The notes under the pieces: model-generated | Told to the model about the DNA's origin: nothing | The model's database searches: none | The model's input: the letters and a program-made list of their open reading frames with translations, nothing else | Assembly: GCA_026770705.1 (NCBI GenBank) | Contig: JANJGN010000041.1 | Location: 5,022,001-5,086,000 of the forward strand | Direction of reading: 5' to 3' | From: Isurus oxyrinchus | Taxonomy: Eukaryota | DNA length: 64,000 nt | In this document: one piece after another, positions 1-12,533 of the stretch | Layout: each line of letters opens with the position of its first letter | Numbering within the stretch: the stretch's first letter is position 1 | Made by a program: the position numbers and the translations under genes

Positions 1-507
1 AATACTCTTCTCTCAGTCATGGCATACCACTTGTCTCAATCAGTACATCCTAAAAACATCAGGCATTACCGCCTGTTCCACTCAGTCACTGCCCCCCACT
101 CTGCTCGTTCATTACATCCGGCTCCATTCAATATGTTACTTCATTGATCATATTGTGTGAAGAGTTTTGTAGAATATCTCCTCAAGAATGGAAACTGTTA
201 CATCAGATCCTCTTGGGCTTATTAAGGCAGAAAGGGGGCAGTCACTTGGTACTTTGAGAGAGATGCCGATATTTTGCCTTTTCAAACAGGGGGTTCGGGT
301 AAATATTCCCACGCCACACTTTCCAAAAACCCCTCATCTAATCCAGACAGTAGCTGGAGTGATTTCCCAGTTCACAGTCTATCTCAGAAAGTGGTTGAGG
401 GTGGCTCAGACTGTGTCATGAAGAGTCTGAAAATTCGCCTCGAACTTTGGACCTCCTGTAAACAGTGGGGGTCGGAAAGATTATGAGGAGTGAGAGTCCT
501 CAGCTCC

Positions 508-1389
508 GCATTGAATGAGTTTTAAAATTGTAGTGAAGGGGATATTTCAGCTGCTCTCTGAACTTAGCCTGGATTATTGCTTAGAAACAAGTCTTTGTGC
601 AGCAGCTCAGGAGCTGCAGCATGAAGTCTATTTCTCTAATATAAATAGGTGGATTTATAGAACTGCAGCCCAAAGCTACCAATCACCACCACAGGGAAAA
701 CATCGTGAAGACAGCCAATAACAGAATGAAATTGACCGGGATAACGTGCATTAAAATGATGGATCCCTCCCACTCTCTTTCTCTGCGTCTCTGGTAATAA
801 CACCATTGCTGTGAGCCTGTATACTACTGCAGGATCTGCTGCTCACTAAAATATGCCTGACCTTTAAAACATTGAGCACTAGAATGGGGGAAAATTGGAC
901 ACCTGGCGATACAATCCAATGAAACATCTCGATTGCTGCCCATGGACGTGACTTCTGAGCATCTAATATCACAACACAAAACCAGGGGAAATTCATCTTC
1001 CAATACTCCATGGTACACCAAAAATACCAGAACACATTCTTCAAACAGCTCAACAAATACTGCACACAGAAACACATGTGCAGTTTTTTCAGTGTAAGTT
1101 TCGTTCTCAGCTTACTGCAACAAATAGCCACAAATGGGTCGAAAGTAAAATGACAGTGAACCAGACAGAACAGTCTGTGACTGCACAAAGCAGAACAGCA
1201 TGGGAGTTACACACATGCATCTAAAGAAGAAACGTATACTCGAGAGTATAACCAGTTTCAAGGTGCCTCAGTATGAGTTCGATGAAGACGACCAGCAGAT
1301 CTGCCCCTTTCAGGCCACAAAGTAGTAAGTGACACATTTCGAGAGGCCACACATTCCTTGAGAAATGATTACTATCGTCAGTACGTTAA
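508..1389 (-). pseudogene. GPR139-like: GPR139-like GPCR pseudogene, copy A (exon 2: TM1 end to TM7)
   Basis: Minus-strand acceptor (ccccctttgtcgcag), then (V)NVLTIVIISQGMCGLSKCVTYYFVA..ADLLVVFIELILRH..VCNSHAVLLCAVTDCSVWFTV..FTFDPFVAICCSKLRTK..LKNVFWYF..NFPWFC..FMLQLLSCCTKT..KFREQLKYPF. Colinear with the intact copy at 62012-62889. Frameshift/stop near 1310, stop at 1221-1223, further frameshifts near 1150 and 765. Confidence 0.93.
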
Positions 1390-2162
1390 CTGCGACAAAG
1401 GGGGACAAACAGTTCAATTATTCTTCATGCAGGAACGAGTTGCCAGCTGAACAGAATATGGTTGAATATTGCAAATGCCTTGCTGTGCCCAATTATGTCT
1501 TCAAACTCTTGCGTCCATGACACTGCTATCCACTGGAGAATGGTGTTTTCTTTAAATATTATGGAATACTGAATGAGTAATATTATCAACGATGGGATTT
1601 GCCATCAGCACAATTCGCACCTCAAAATGAGTTACGAATGTGGCAAAGATACAGTAATATTTTCTGAACACAAAGAGAAGAGACAAATGCCACTTGGAAG
1701 AATGAAGCCAACCCTCAATCAACTGGTCAGATTAAAGCTCTGCGTTTCTGTAACATCAAATGTTGCGTTAATTAAAAAAACAATCAACTTACCAGAGGAG
1801 GAGGCTGTGCAGTCAGTTACATTCTCAGTGATCTGATCCCACTGCAGGTCAGCACAAAATACCCAACTGCAAGATTTGTAAACATATTCCGACAGAAGGA
1901 CTGAGTGGTTGATCCATCCTCCTCAATTGCCCTGAATCGCCGATGCTTGACATAAGCTACTTCGATTCATATTGGTTATATCAGTGGAGATGTGAGCTCA
2001 CTGGACACAGCAAAAGCCCCAGCGCTGGCTGCATCTCTACCACAGCATTGAGGACTTGTGCCCCAGAATTAGCCGCAGCTCCATCCAAGCTGCTGCAGGG
2101 CAAACAGATGAGAGGCACCTGCTGGGAGAAATGGGCAACTGCCCTGTAATGTCCTGTACAAA

Positions 2163-2571
2163 GACACACGGACACACAAACATATGCACATGCACAAGCG
2201 CACACAAACACACACGCACACGCACACACACACTCCCTTCCCAACATACACACACACTCAAACAGACAGATGCACGCAAACACACACAAATACACACTCA
2301 CACACAGAAACTCGCCACCACACACACTCACACACATTAACAGAAAAACACACACACACACACACGTAGGCACACACACACACACACACAGATACACACG
2401 CAAAGAACGGAAGAATGGGATTGATCCCGTTCATCAGCAATGTGTTGTAATGTGTGACTAACACACACACACAAACGCACAAACACACACTCACACTCAC
2501 CCAAACCCCCTACACACGCACACGCACACTCACATATACACAAACAGACACGCACACACACACTCACATGT
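2163..2571. repeat. Imperfect (CA)n microsatellite running into an assembly gap (N 2572-2753)
   Basis: Seen directly in the sequence. Confidence 0.97.
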
Positions 2572-3029
2572 NNNNNNNNNNNNNNNNNNNNNNNNNNNNN
2601 NNNNNNNNNNNNNNNNNNNNNNNNNNNNNNNNNNNNNNNNNNNNNNNNNNNNNNNNNNNNNNNNNNNNNNNNNNNNNNNNNNNNNNNNNNNNNNNNNNNN
2701 NNNNNNNNNNNNNNNNNNNNNNNNNNNNNNNNNNNNNNNNNNNNNNNNNNNNNTGATCTCAGTCATCAACAATGTGATGGAATGTGTATTTGGCCGGGAA
2801 AGCAGGCGCCAATTGCGCAGTTGAAACCTGGGCACCGAATCTCACTCTGTATTCAGCTAAGATCAGTGGCTGGCAGGCGTCATTGCAGCCATGGCCTTAA
2901 CAGGGCAGAAACAATCAATTCAAGAAAAATGAATGGGAGTGACTGCGCATGACTTTAGGCCGCATTTGACACTATGTGGGCCGGCAGTCCGGAGAAAGGG
3001 AAGTGCTTTACGTTGTTTGAGGCTAAGTA

Positions 3030-3520
3030 ACTGCTCCTGGAGTCCCTCCACTTAGTGCCATAGTCTCAGACATCTTCAACTGCTCCAGCAATGGATTCCC
3101 CTTAATCATAAGGACAGGACTATCGTTGTTCACTGAGCATTGTACATTGCACAGCTCTATTCCTCACTCCTGGAAAACTGAAGTGGAACGTGTGCTCCCA
3201 CAGCACTGCACACGCAAAATTCAGGCTAATTCTGGTCAGTTTCGACAACATTTGCAAGACAAAATTGGCAGGCAACGCCTATCAGTAGCATACGATGATT
3301 ATATGATGTTGAGTGCAGACAGTTAAGGAGGTGTAAGAGTAATGCAGCGAATGGTAGCTTTTGGAATATTTACTAGATACAGAGTCTTACAAGGAACAAC
3401 ATTAACAGTGAAGAGAGGCGCCATTCAATGACAGGGACACCAATAAAATAACATCTGTCTGATAGAAACAATGCTGGGTGCAGAGACTCACCAGCAACTG
3501 CAAGAGCACCGAGCGATGGA
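3030..3520 (+). mobile_element. Decayed LINE (CR1/L2 group) reverse transcriptase fragment
   Basis: Degenerate GVP..S..(G)P.IF.C..N..P.II......LF.(D/E).C motif, resembling the RT GVPQGSVLGP...FADD region. Many mutations. Confidence 0.6.
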
Positions 3521-3727
3521 TAGTAAATTTCTTGAACCACATAGAGGAACATTTCAATCCTCACATCCAGGGAATAACACGGGTGCATTCACTGCCTCTC
3601 TGTGGAGCTCCTGGCCTTGGATAGACGCGGTGCTGTTGTTCACACTGACTGTCTGGAATAACAGTTTGGATTGGTTTTCCCGATTAATATCATTGGAATT
3701 CCTTTGGTGGCACAGTGAGTGTCTTTC

Positions 3728-3832
3728 CGGGGGTTGGTCGGCGGGGGGGGGGTGGGGGGGGTGGGGGGTTTGGGGGGGTTGGTGGGCGGGGGGCGTGGAG
3801 GGCGGCGGTGGGGTGTGGAGGCGGAGGGGGGG
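3728..3832. repeat. G-rich low-complexity tract (G-quadruplex-forming potential)
   Basis: Multiple runs of 3-11 G. Confidence 0.85.
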
Positions 3833-4139
3833 TGATTCTAATTTCTGTTAACATGGATTAGATCAACCCTGTTCAACACTACCTGACTATTTTGCAGAAC
3901 TTACAACTGTATTTAAATTATATTTAACTGGGCGTGAAAAATCTCAAAACACAATCTCCAAAACTCAAGGGCAGTGATTGGTTTGAGTGACAGATATCGC
4001 CTTCACTGACAGACAGTTACAGAGACAGAGAGACGATAAAGTACTAATAAATTGACACAGCACGTCAGCCCCAGTAAACTCAGCCAGCACCCGGAAACGG
4101 TATCAGCTTTAATAAACCGATCTTTCATCTCTACTATGA

Positions 4140-4250
4140 AGAGAGTCGGGCTGAGGAGACAGTTAGTATGGATGGGGCGCTGGTGGTTTTGGGGTGGAGA
4201 GAGAAGAGCCCTGGAGAGAGGGAGCGGGACTCATCATCAGATCTCTCCTT
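4140..4250 (+). pseudogene. Probable C-type lectin CRD middle exon (degraded)
   Basis: With frameshifts it reads VWMG(L)..EREEPWR..(D)GTHHQISP, followed by gtaaa. Resembles WIGL..EG.WRWVDGT. Confidence 0.45.
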
Positions 4251-4859
4251 GTAAAAAATACTTGACTCTCCCACCCACTTCGTCCTTGCGAGTGAATATC
4301 CCGCCTCCAAGCTCCTTTTCTCTCCAAGCCTCTTCAACATGATGTCCACACCATTTCCCCCAAGTCCCATCTTTCCCCAGTGTCCCCTTTACCACATTTC
4401 CTATGCCCACTAACGATGATCTTCCAAACCAAAGAATTTCCTCTTTGGTCAAGCTAACCTAAGCCTCCTATTGGATTCAGATAACTGACTCGGTAACTGA
4501 TGGGAGAAGGATCTGGATGGATGGGCAATAGGTCACGCATGGCATAACATGAATAACAGAGGGCTTGAGGGGTAGGAGAGCACAAGGATGAGCTGCAGGG
4601 TTGCAATGGGGCTGAGGTGGCGTTGCTGATGGGATTGACCAGAACGGGAGGTTTTGACCAGGGTGGAAATAGGCTGATGGTTTGTGGCTACTCTGAAAGG
4701 CGGAGGAAAGGCCTAATAGAGTACGAGGGGTGAGACAGAGGACCGTGGGAATCCTGCTGTGACGCACAGTCGAGGGAGCAGAGCTCACGCTGGGTCAGGA
4801 AAACAAAGGCGGGCATGAAGGTCACTAAATGTGAGGTCGAGGGGATTAGGTGTCACACT

Positions 4860-5690
4860 GCATCAGCGTAAAGCATAGGGTCAGGGGTTAGGTAGTGGAC
4901 CAGGTGTTGACAGAGACCGTTTGGTTAGGCAGAGGGTTAGGGGTTATACAGACTGCCAGTGTAAAGACAGAACCTCATTGGTGGAGCAGTGTCAAGGGGT
5001 AGCCCAAGAGACAGGGTTAGGCCACACATCAGTGGTTAGGCAAAGGATTGAGGTTACGCAAAGGGCGAGGCGTTAGGCAAAGCTGTGGGGTGAAACAGAG
5101 TATGAGCCTAGAGTCAATTTTTGTGCTGAAGGTCAGGGATTAGGCAGACATGAGCAGGGTTAGGCGGAAATTTAGAGGATAGGCAGACTCTCCCGGTTAG
5201 AAAAAAGGTCATGTGTTCGCTAGATGATTAGGCAGAAGCCCATTGGTTAGCCAGAAAGTGAGGGTTTAGGCATTGGGTGTGGGTTAGGTAGAGTTCAGAC
5301 AGATGATCGGGGGGTTAGGCAGGGTGTGAAGCATTAGGTAGGGAGCCAGGGGTACACAGACAGCCAGGTTGAATCTGGGTTTGGCACTGGATCAAAGGAG
5401 CATAGGTCAGACTGAGTAAAATGAACAGAGGCACTGTAATGTGTCATGTTATATGAGCATCAGGGCTCTGGCTGGGTTACATAGAGGTTCAAGGTTCAGG
5501 CAACTTTTCAGAGTTCAGGGAGAGGTCATGCGATTGACATGGTCAGTGGAAATTAGCGTTAAGCAATGAATCAAGAGAGCAGATGTCAAGCTGGGTCAAG
5601 ACAACAGAGGACACTTGAAGGTCACAGGTTATATGATGTTCAGGAGATCAGGGATCAGACTGCATTAGGCAGAAGGTCAGGGGTCAGATA
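4860..5690. repeat. Degenerate GGGTTAGGCAGA-type minisatellite
   Basis: Many dispersed ggttagg(c/t)ag(a) and ggtcaggg units, highly diverged. Confidence 0.7.
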
Positions 5691-5816
5691 ATTTAATTTG
5701 AATGGGGCTGAGTGGTTGCGGGGCTGTTTCTGCTCGGATGAGATAAAGTATCTCAATCCCTCCAGGTGCGCACTGACCACCTTCTTGTTTATTTTTTGCT
5801 TTTTCTTTGCCCGCAG

Positions 5817-5960
5817 AAGGTTCTAGGGGCCGGGACAGCCAGAAAACCCCTGCAACAGGATGTACAGAATGAGGGAAAAGTACGGCCTGATGAGCCTGTT
5901 GGTCTGGTACGACGAGGCCTGAGGGGCGAGGTTCCCGGCCATCTGTGAGAAGAACACCAT
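5817..5960 (+). pseudogene. C-type lectin domain terminal exon (pseudogenised)
   Basis: Branch point cactgac, polypyrimidine tract and cag acceptor (AG at 5815-5816). Then RF*GPGQPENPCNRMYRMREKYGLMSLLVWYDEA*GARFPAICEKN, matching the CTLD pattern FW..GQPDN...W.D..C...F..ICEK. The conserved W and C are mutated to stops. Confidence 0.75.
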
Positions 5961-6369
5961 CTGCCTCCACCTGATCTTCCAGCGAATGATGCAGAGCCGC
6001 CGAGGGAGCTCTGGGCTGGCATCTGCTCCATCATTCCTACCGTTGTCCTTCATCTATGTGGTGGGGGTGGGGGGGGGGGGAACAAAACAGTAGCAATTTG
6101 ATAGATGGAATTTAATGGTGAATAGTGTGAGGTGCTACAATTTGGAAAGAGTGATTTGACACGAAGTACACTATGAACGGCATGGCACGAGCAAGTTCCT
6201 GACAGGAGTTCCGGAGAGGAGTTTCTGAGAGGAGCTCCTGAGACGATTTCCAGAGAGGCAGTGAGTGTGTCTGTTTCCGCTCTTACATCCATCAGTATAC
6301 AATTCTGATCCGCATCTATCTCGATGATTCTGTTATAAATGAACTGTAAACATGATATTCGCACCCTAT

Positions 6370-6900
6370 GGCCTCTGATGGAACAGAGCCATAGAATCAT
6401 ACCATTTGAGGAAGACGCCATCTGTCCCAGGGTGTCCATTTCGATACTTTGCCAGACCTATCTAATCAACCCTTCTCTTCTCCCCTCTATTACCTGTGCA
6501 AATACCCACTGCCTGTGCTCATCCAATTCTATTTTCTCATCTAAAGGTTTATTTGCATTCGCCAACATGTCAGGAAGAACATTCCAAATTTATGCGCACT
6601 AAGAACTCTTCAACCGCTCTGTGCTTCTTTGTCAATCACTTTCAAAGTCCCTGTGCTGGTTACTGACTGATTTTTCAGTGTCACCAATTTCTCGTTATTT
6701 ACTTTATCAAAAACACTCGTGATTTTAAATGACTCTATTAAACCTCCCCTTTGCCTGGTCTGCTCGAAGGAAAACAATCCCAGCCTCTCCAGTTTTTCCA
6801 CAAAATTGAAGGCCCTCATCCCTGTTCCAATTCTTCTGCAAACTATCCAAGGCCCTCACACACTTCCTGACAAAATCCTCGCAGAATTAGACATACCTAC
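6370..6900 (-). mobile_element. CR1 LINE 3' fragment
   Basis: ORF 6610-6819(-) reads EKLERLGLFSFEQTRQRGGLIESFKI, a typical CR1 ORF2 C-terminus. Confidence 0.85.
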
Positions 6901-7206
6901 TTCAGTTGAGCTTTCACCAAGATTGACAAATATATTGTCTCAGTTTCTTACTTTTGTAAATTCTGATTCGGTTTATCAATACAAAATATGATTTTTAATG
7001 TTAATATTCTAAAAGGCTTGCGATGCCTTAATTCCTCCCGATATTTTTCATAAACTCCTCCAACATTTGCCCGATTTTCTGCTTAACACTATTCTCTTTA
7101 CAATATTCCGTCCGTCAGAAAACCTCTTACTTCCCAGCCTGACCAGCTTACTGTTCCAATTTCGTGTTGTGCAAGTGCAATTGGACTGAACGGGTTAGAA
7201 GAGCCT

Positions 7207-7290
7207 GTTTGCTCAGTGGTTGTAATTAACGTCACTCTCCATGATGCTAAATATCTCACTGGGGGTCTTCCCAATGTTGTTAATAAGGCA
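7207..7290 (+). promoter_or_regulatory. Conserved upstream block of GPR139-like copy B
   Basis: Aligns by eye with 58537-58620 (tttg.tcagt..tgtaattaac.tca.tctcc..gat.ctaa...tcac.gg.gg). Confidence 0.55.
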
Positions 7291-7378
7291 GTCGCTACAT
7301 TCCGTTCTCTCATATTGTCAGCGGGGACATCAGCTCCGTGAGGAACAAGAACCCGCGGTTATACGACAGGGAGAGAGG

Positions 7379-7641
7379 ATATCAGAATCTGAGAAGAATA
7401 TATTTGAATGTTCCAACAATGGATCTGATTCTGAGAAAAAATGATTGGAATGTTACAACAATGGATCGGGATCTGAGGACAATAGATCGGAATGTTACAA
7501 CAATGAGTAGGAGTATTTTGGAGGCGCTTTATGAACTTTATAATTGTTATGATTGGATGTGAGTGGAAAGCCGGATCTATCGGGCACTCCATGTTATTCA
7601 GGCGGGTTATTATCCCATCCTCGTTATTATTGGCATCACAG
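7379..7641 (+). pseudogene. GPR139-like: GPR139-like copy B, exon 1
   Basis: About three 14-aa repeats (YQNLRRIYLNVPT, MDLILRKNDWNVTT, MDRDLRTIDRNVTT), then ..DWM*VESRIYRALHVIQAGYYPILVIIGIT and a phase-1 donor G|gtaagt at 7642. In-frame TGA at 7560-7562. Confidence 0.9.
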
Positions 7642-7829
7642 GTAAGTCTCACTGTATGTGGCTGTTAATTTTATATTCCATGTTGAACTTAATTATTTCT
7701 TCTTCAGCGAAATTACAAGTGCTTTGGAGATTGCAAACTTTTTATACAAATTATAGAATCCAGAGGGACAGGATTATGATTAACATCAGAGTTCAGCAAT
7801 TTCAGTTACCCATTTATTGCCACTTAATC

Positions 7830-8266
7830 TCTCTTGTCTTCCACTATATCGGAGACATTGCGGTCTATTATGGCATGAACAATAGTTCCAATACTGCACT
7901 GAATGCAACAAAATATTGAAAAATTTCAGCGCCTTGTGGCAAACTGATACTTGTTATTTGCAAGTAATCAGGTTGTTTATTGGGAATGGTTTCATTTCCT
8001 GTGGGCCATGCGTCTGAGTCATACACATGCCGTACTGCTTTATGCAGCCACTGGCCTTTGTCTGTGATTCTGTGACTTTCACATTTGATCGGTTTGTGGC
8101 CATGTCTTTCCTGAAACTGAAAAGTAAATATTGCACCGTGAAATTGGCTCTGAGAAGAATGACTGTGCTAAGCTTTTTAAAGAATATTTTCTGGTATTTC
8201 ATGTTACCAGATTCTTGTATGCTGATGAGCAATCCATGATTTTGTTTTAGAATATTAAAACTTCAG
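7830..8266 (+). pseudogene. GPR139-like: GPR139-like copy B, exon 2 5' part (TM1-ECL2)
   Basis: LYRRHCGL..EWFHFLWAMRLSHTHAVLLYAATG..VTFTFDRFVAMSFLKLKSKYC..LSFLKNIFWYFML..NP*FC. Frameshifted; 5' boundary uncertain. Confidence 0.85.
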
Positions 8267-11200
8267 ACATAGAGTAATCGAGTCAAATTGGTCTGCAGCA
8301 CAGAAAAGTCGGCCCATCGAGACTGCGCCGGTCAGATAAGTACCTAACTATTCTAATCCCATTTTGCAGCAACAGGTCCATAGCTTTGTGTGCCTGGGCT
8401 TCACAAGTGCAAATCCAAATATTTCTGAAATGATATGAAGTTTTCTGCCCCGAAGACCCTTTTTGACAGTGAGTTCCAGATGCCCAGCACCCTCTGGGTG
8501 AAATAATTCTTCCTCACATTCCCTCTAAACCTCCTGCCCCATACATTAAATCTGTGACCTCTGATTATCGGACACTCCACCAACGGGAAAAGTTCCATCC
8601 CGTCTACCCTACCTATGCCTCTCATATTTTTATACACCTCAATATTGTCCCCTCTCAATCTATTCTGCTCCAGCGAAACTAACCCCAGCATAACCAATCT
8701 CTCCTGATATCTAAACATTTCCAGCTCAGGCAACATGCTGGTAAATCTTCTCTGCGTCTGATCCAAACACATCCTTCCTATAATGCAGATTCCAGAATGC
8801 ACGCAATACACTAGATGTGGCCTAACCAGCGTTTAATACAGTTCAGCAAAACCTTCCTGCTCTTATATTCTATGCCTCCTCTAATAAAAGCAGATATCCC
8901 ATATTTTCTTAATCACCTTATCTACCTGCAATACTACATTAAGGGACCGCTGGACATGAACACCATGATTCACCTGATCCGCGGTACTTCCCAGGATCCT
9001 AACATTCATCATATTCCCGTGTCTTGCTTGTCCTGCCCAAATGCATCACCTCACCCTTATCTGGATTAAATTACATTTGAGAATGATCAGTCCATCTAAT
9101 CAGCCTGTCTCTATATCCCTGAAATCTGAGGCTATCCTTACTATTTACCACCCCACCAATTTCCGTGCTTTCCGCGAACATACTGATCAACCCCCCTTTC
9201 AATCTAATCTAAATAGTTTATGTATTCCAGAAACATCACGTGATCCAAAGCCGACCCATGTGGAACCCCACTGGACACATCTGGCATCCAGTCATAAGAA
9301 ACCCCAATAGACAATCACCATGTGCTTCCTGCTACTCAGCCAATTCTGGGCCCAATGCGCCAAATTGCCTTGGATCCCACGGGCTCTTACCTTCGTTATT
9401 AGTCTCCTGACCAAATCAAAAGCCGTGTTGAAGTCCAAGGTGACTGCATCAAATGCATTGCCATAAATTAGATATCTGATCACCTCTTCGTAAAATACAA
9501 TCAAATTAGTCAGGCATTATATCCCCTTAACCAACCCAAGCTGATGGTCCTTGATTTCCCCTGCCTCTCCTAGTGCAGATAAACTATCGGCCTCAGAATT
9601 ACTTCCAATGATTTACCCACTGATGTTTGACTGACTGGTCTCTACTTCCCACTAAATCACTTCCTCCTTTCTTGAATAACGGTGCCACGTTGGCTCCTCT
9701 GGCAACTTTCCTGTGGTTAGAGACGTGTTGAAAATTATTTCCAGCGCCCCTGTTGTCTCCTCGCTTGCTTCACTCAACAGCCTGGGATCAGCTTCATCGG
9801 GTCCTGGAGATTCATATTATTTTAAGCCTGTCAGACCGCTTAGAACCTCTTACCTATGGTTGCTATTTTTTCTTAATTATCTCACAGCCCATTTGCATAA
9901 TTACTATAAGCCCTCTCAATTGCCAGCACCAATATAATTCATTCATTTAGAATATGACCTGTGTCTTCCGGATCCACAAACAATTTTCCACCTTTCTCCT
10001 TAATGGGCTCCATTCTTTCCCTAGTTATCCTCTTACTCTTACTCAAATTGTAAAATAACATTGTATTTTTCTTTATTTTTCCTGCCAATGATTTTTCATG
10101 CCATCTTTTTGCTCTCCTAATTTCCTTATTAAGTTGTCCCCTTGACACTCTATTCTCTTAAAGGGCTTCCACTGTTTTGGGCTCTCGTTAACTGCCATCA
10201 GCCTCTATTTTTCTCCTTATCCAATCCTGTCTATCCCTCGAAATCCAGGTGTCCCTGGACTTATTGGTCCTGCCCTTTATTGTTATTGCTAAAATTTGGT
10301 CCTGCGCTCTCTATATTTCCATCTTGAATGAGTCACACAGCTTCGAAGCAGTTCCCAGCCCACTCAGGGAAAATCATACCTGATCTTATTGAAATTGGCC
10401 TTCCTTCAATTTTGAACTCTGATTTCTGGCACTCCCTTGTCCTTTTCCATAACAACATTAATCTAATACAGTTATGATCAATAAGCACAAAACGCTCCCC
10501 CAATGATACCTCTGCCACATGCCCGGCTTCATTCCCTAAAATTAAGTCCAGGACCGCCCCTATTTTGTAGGACGTTCGACGTACTGGTTTAAAAAGATAT
10601 CCTGGTTGCAGTGTAAGAATTGATCTCCCTCTAAACGTACCATACTATGGCTAATCCAGTTAATGTTGGGGAAATTGAAATCTCCAACTATTACTACCCT
10701 GTTATTTTTACTGAGCTCTAAGATTTGCCTACATATCTTCTCTTCCATTTCTCTCTGAATGTTTGGCGACCTGCGGTACAATCGCAGAAATGTGATTCCT
10801 CCTGCTTTTTTGTCTTTTTTTTCAGTTCTATCCATATGGCTTCTTTTGAAGAGCCTTCTAGGATGTCATCCCTCTTTACTACTGTCAGTGATTCCTTGAC
10901 CAATATTGTGAAACCACTCCTCTTTTACCTCCTTCCTTGTCTCCCCTGAAGACCCAAAACGCTGGGATTTTGAGCTACCAATCGTGCCCCTCCCTCAGCC
11001 ATGTCTCTGCGGCAGCAAGGATATCATACTTCCATCGTTCAACTTATGCCCTCAAATCTGCCTTATTTGTCATACCCCTTGCATTAAAATAAATGCCATC
11101 CAACCTTGCCAAATTCGCTTCTGCCTTAACTGGCCTATATGTTCTCTGCCTTCAAGCATCATTAGCTCTCTCTTCTAATTTAGGATGTGCAAATGCCCCT

Positions 11201-12478
11201 GCTGAGCAGGCACTCAGGATCCCATCCCCCTGCCAAGTTAGTTCAAACCCTCACCATCAACATCAGCAAACCTCGCAAAAGGATGTTGGTCCCATTGCAC
11301 ATCAGGTACTGCCCATCTGCATTGTACATTTCCTGCTACCCACATAAATCGTCTCAATATGCTTGAAATAGAATGTCTTCTCTCCTTCACCATTTATCCA
11401 GCCACGAGTTCAGCTGGACAGATCTCCAACGTCAATACTCACCAGTGCATGCCAGTGGAAGAAGTTCAGTGATCACTAAATTTGACGTCCTGTTTTTTAG
11501 GCTGCTTCCTGGATCCCAAAATTCTGTCTGTAGGAACTCATCTGTCTTTGCAGCGATGTCGTTGGTACAAGTATGTACCACAATCTCCCTCTGTTTGCCC
11601 TTCCACTTTAGAATGCCCTTCAGTGTCATCCTTCATCCTGGCACCAGGGAAGCAACATACCATCCTGGAGTCACTACAATGGCCTAAGAGACGGCTCTCT
11701 GTTCGCATTATTATGGACCCTCCAGCAACACTGATAATTCGCCTCTTTTTCCTTCCCTGTTGTGCAGCTGAGCCACTCAGTGCCATGAGCGTGGCTGCAC
11801 TCCCCTGTCGAACCATCACTCTCACCACTTTCCAACACAGAAATATGGTTCTCGAGTGAGATGTGCACTCGGGATTTCCTGACTACCTGCCTGACACATC
11901 TCTTCAGACTGCTGGTTAGCAATCCATCTTTGTCGGCTTTGGGGTCACCATGCCAAAAACCGTTCCAGCCACCAAACTCTTAGCCTTGCCAGTGCGCTTC
12001 AGCGCCTCCAGCTGCCGGTTCAGCTCTGACACTCGGAGCTCCTTTCGCTTTTGTTGATGGCAATGCCTGCAAACGTGGTTGGTCAGAGAGTAAGGAGCGT
12101 CTAAGACTTCTCAAATGTTCAACGCAGTACAGAACATTGGACTGAGTTGCCCTGCCATGTCTCTAGCTTGAAAAAACAGCCGTTATTTACTTTAAGTTAA
12201 ATAGAGTAAAAAAGGAACCTGATGTTATTTATGTAGTTTAAGTAAATAAATCTCTTACCTTTCCTTAGCTTAACCTGGGGAAAACACTTCCCCGTGACTC
12301 ACCATACAGCTCTCACCTTTGTACTGTCATGACTTTTTCAAGCATCCTCACACTCGCACTGGTTCTGATCTCTCCATCGCTCCCTCACACGTTTTTGATG
12401 TCAATATTCTTCTTCTCAAAAATATCTGCAAGCTACTCTTTCTAGACAGTTTCTCCGTGATGCTGACTGCAGGGCACT
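8267..12478 (-). mobile_element. Near full-length CR1 LINE (5'UTR, ORF1 zinc finger/esterase, ORF2 endonuclease-RT), degenerate
   Basis: ORF1 from ATG at 12158: MAGQLSPMFC..NHVCRHCHQ..ELRVSELNRQLEAL, then DSRMVCCFPGAR and IVVHTCTNDI. ORF2: EAIWIELK, NRVVIVGDFNFPNINW, LDFNTAFD, RLRGDNIEVYK..FTQRVLGIWNSL. 3' tail near 8270. Confidence 0.93.
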
Positions 12479-12480
12479 GT

Positions 12481-12533
12481 TTCAAAAACCATCTCCTATT
12501 TGGACAGCTGTCGAGCTCCTACATCACATTCTT
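12481..12533 (+). pseudogene. GPR139-like: GPR139-like copy B, residual exon-2 island between two insertions
   Basis: QKPSPIWTAVELLHHIL corresponds to SPVWVTIEFTHHIL in the intact copy. Confidence 0.8.

Noticed and set aside
1997-2155. Exon-like GC-richer segment ([19 protein letters not shown]...) on the minus strand
   Set aside because: Plausible splice sites, but no recognisable protein in any frame.
1981-2567. Several ORFs rich in CV or HT dipeptides
   Set aside because: They are translations of the (CA)n microsatellite.
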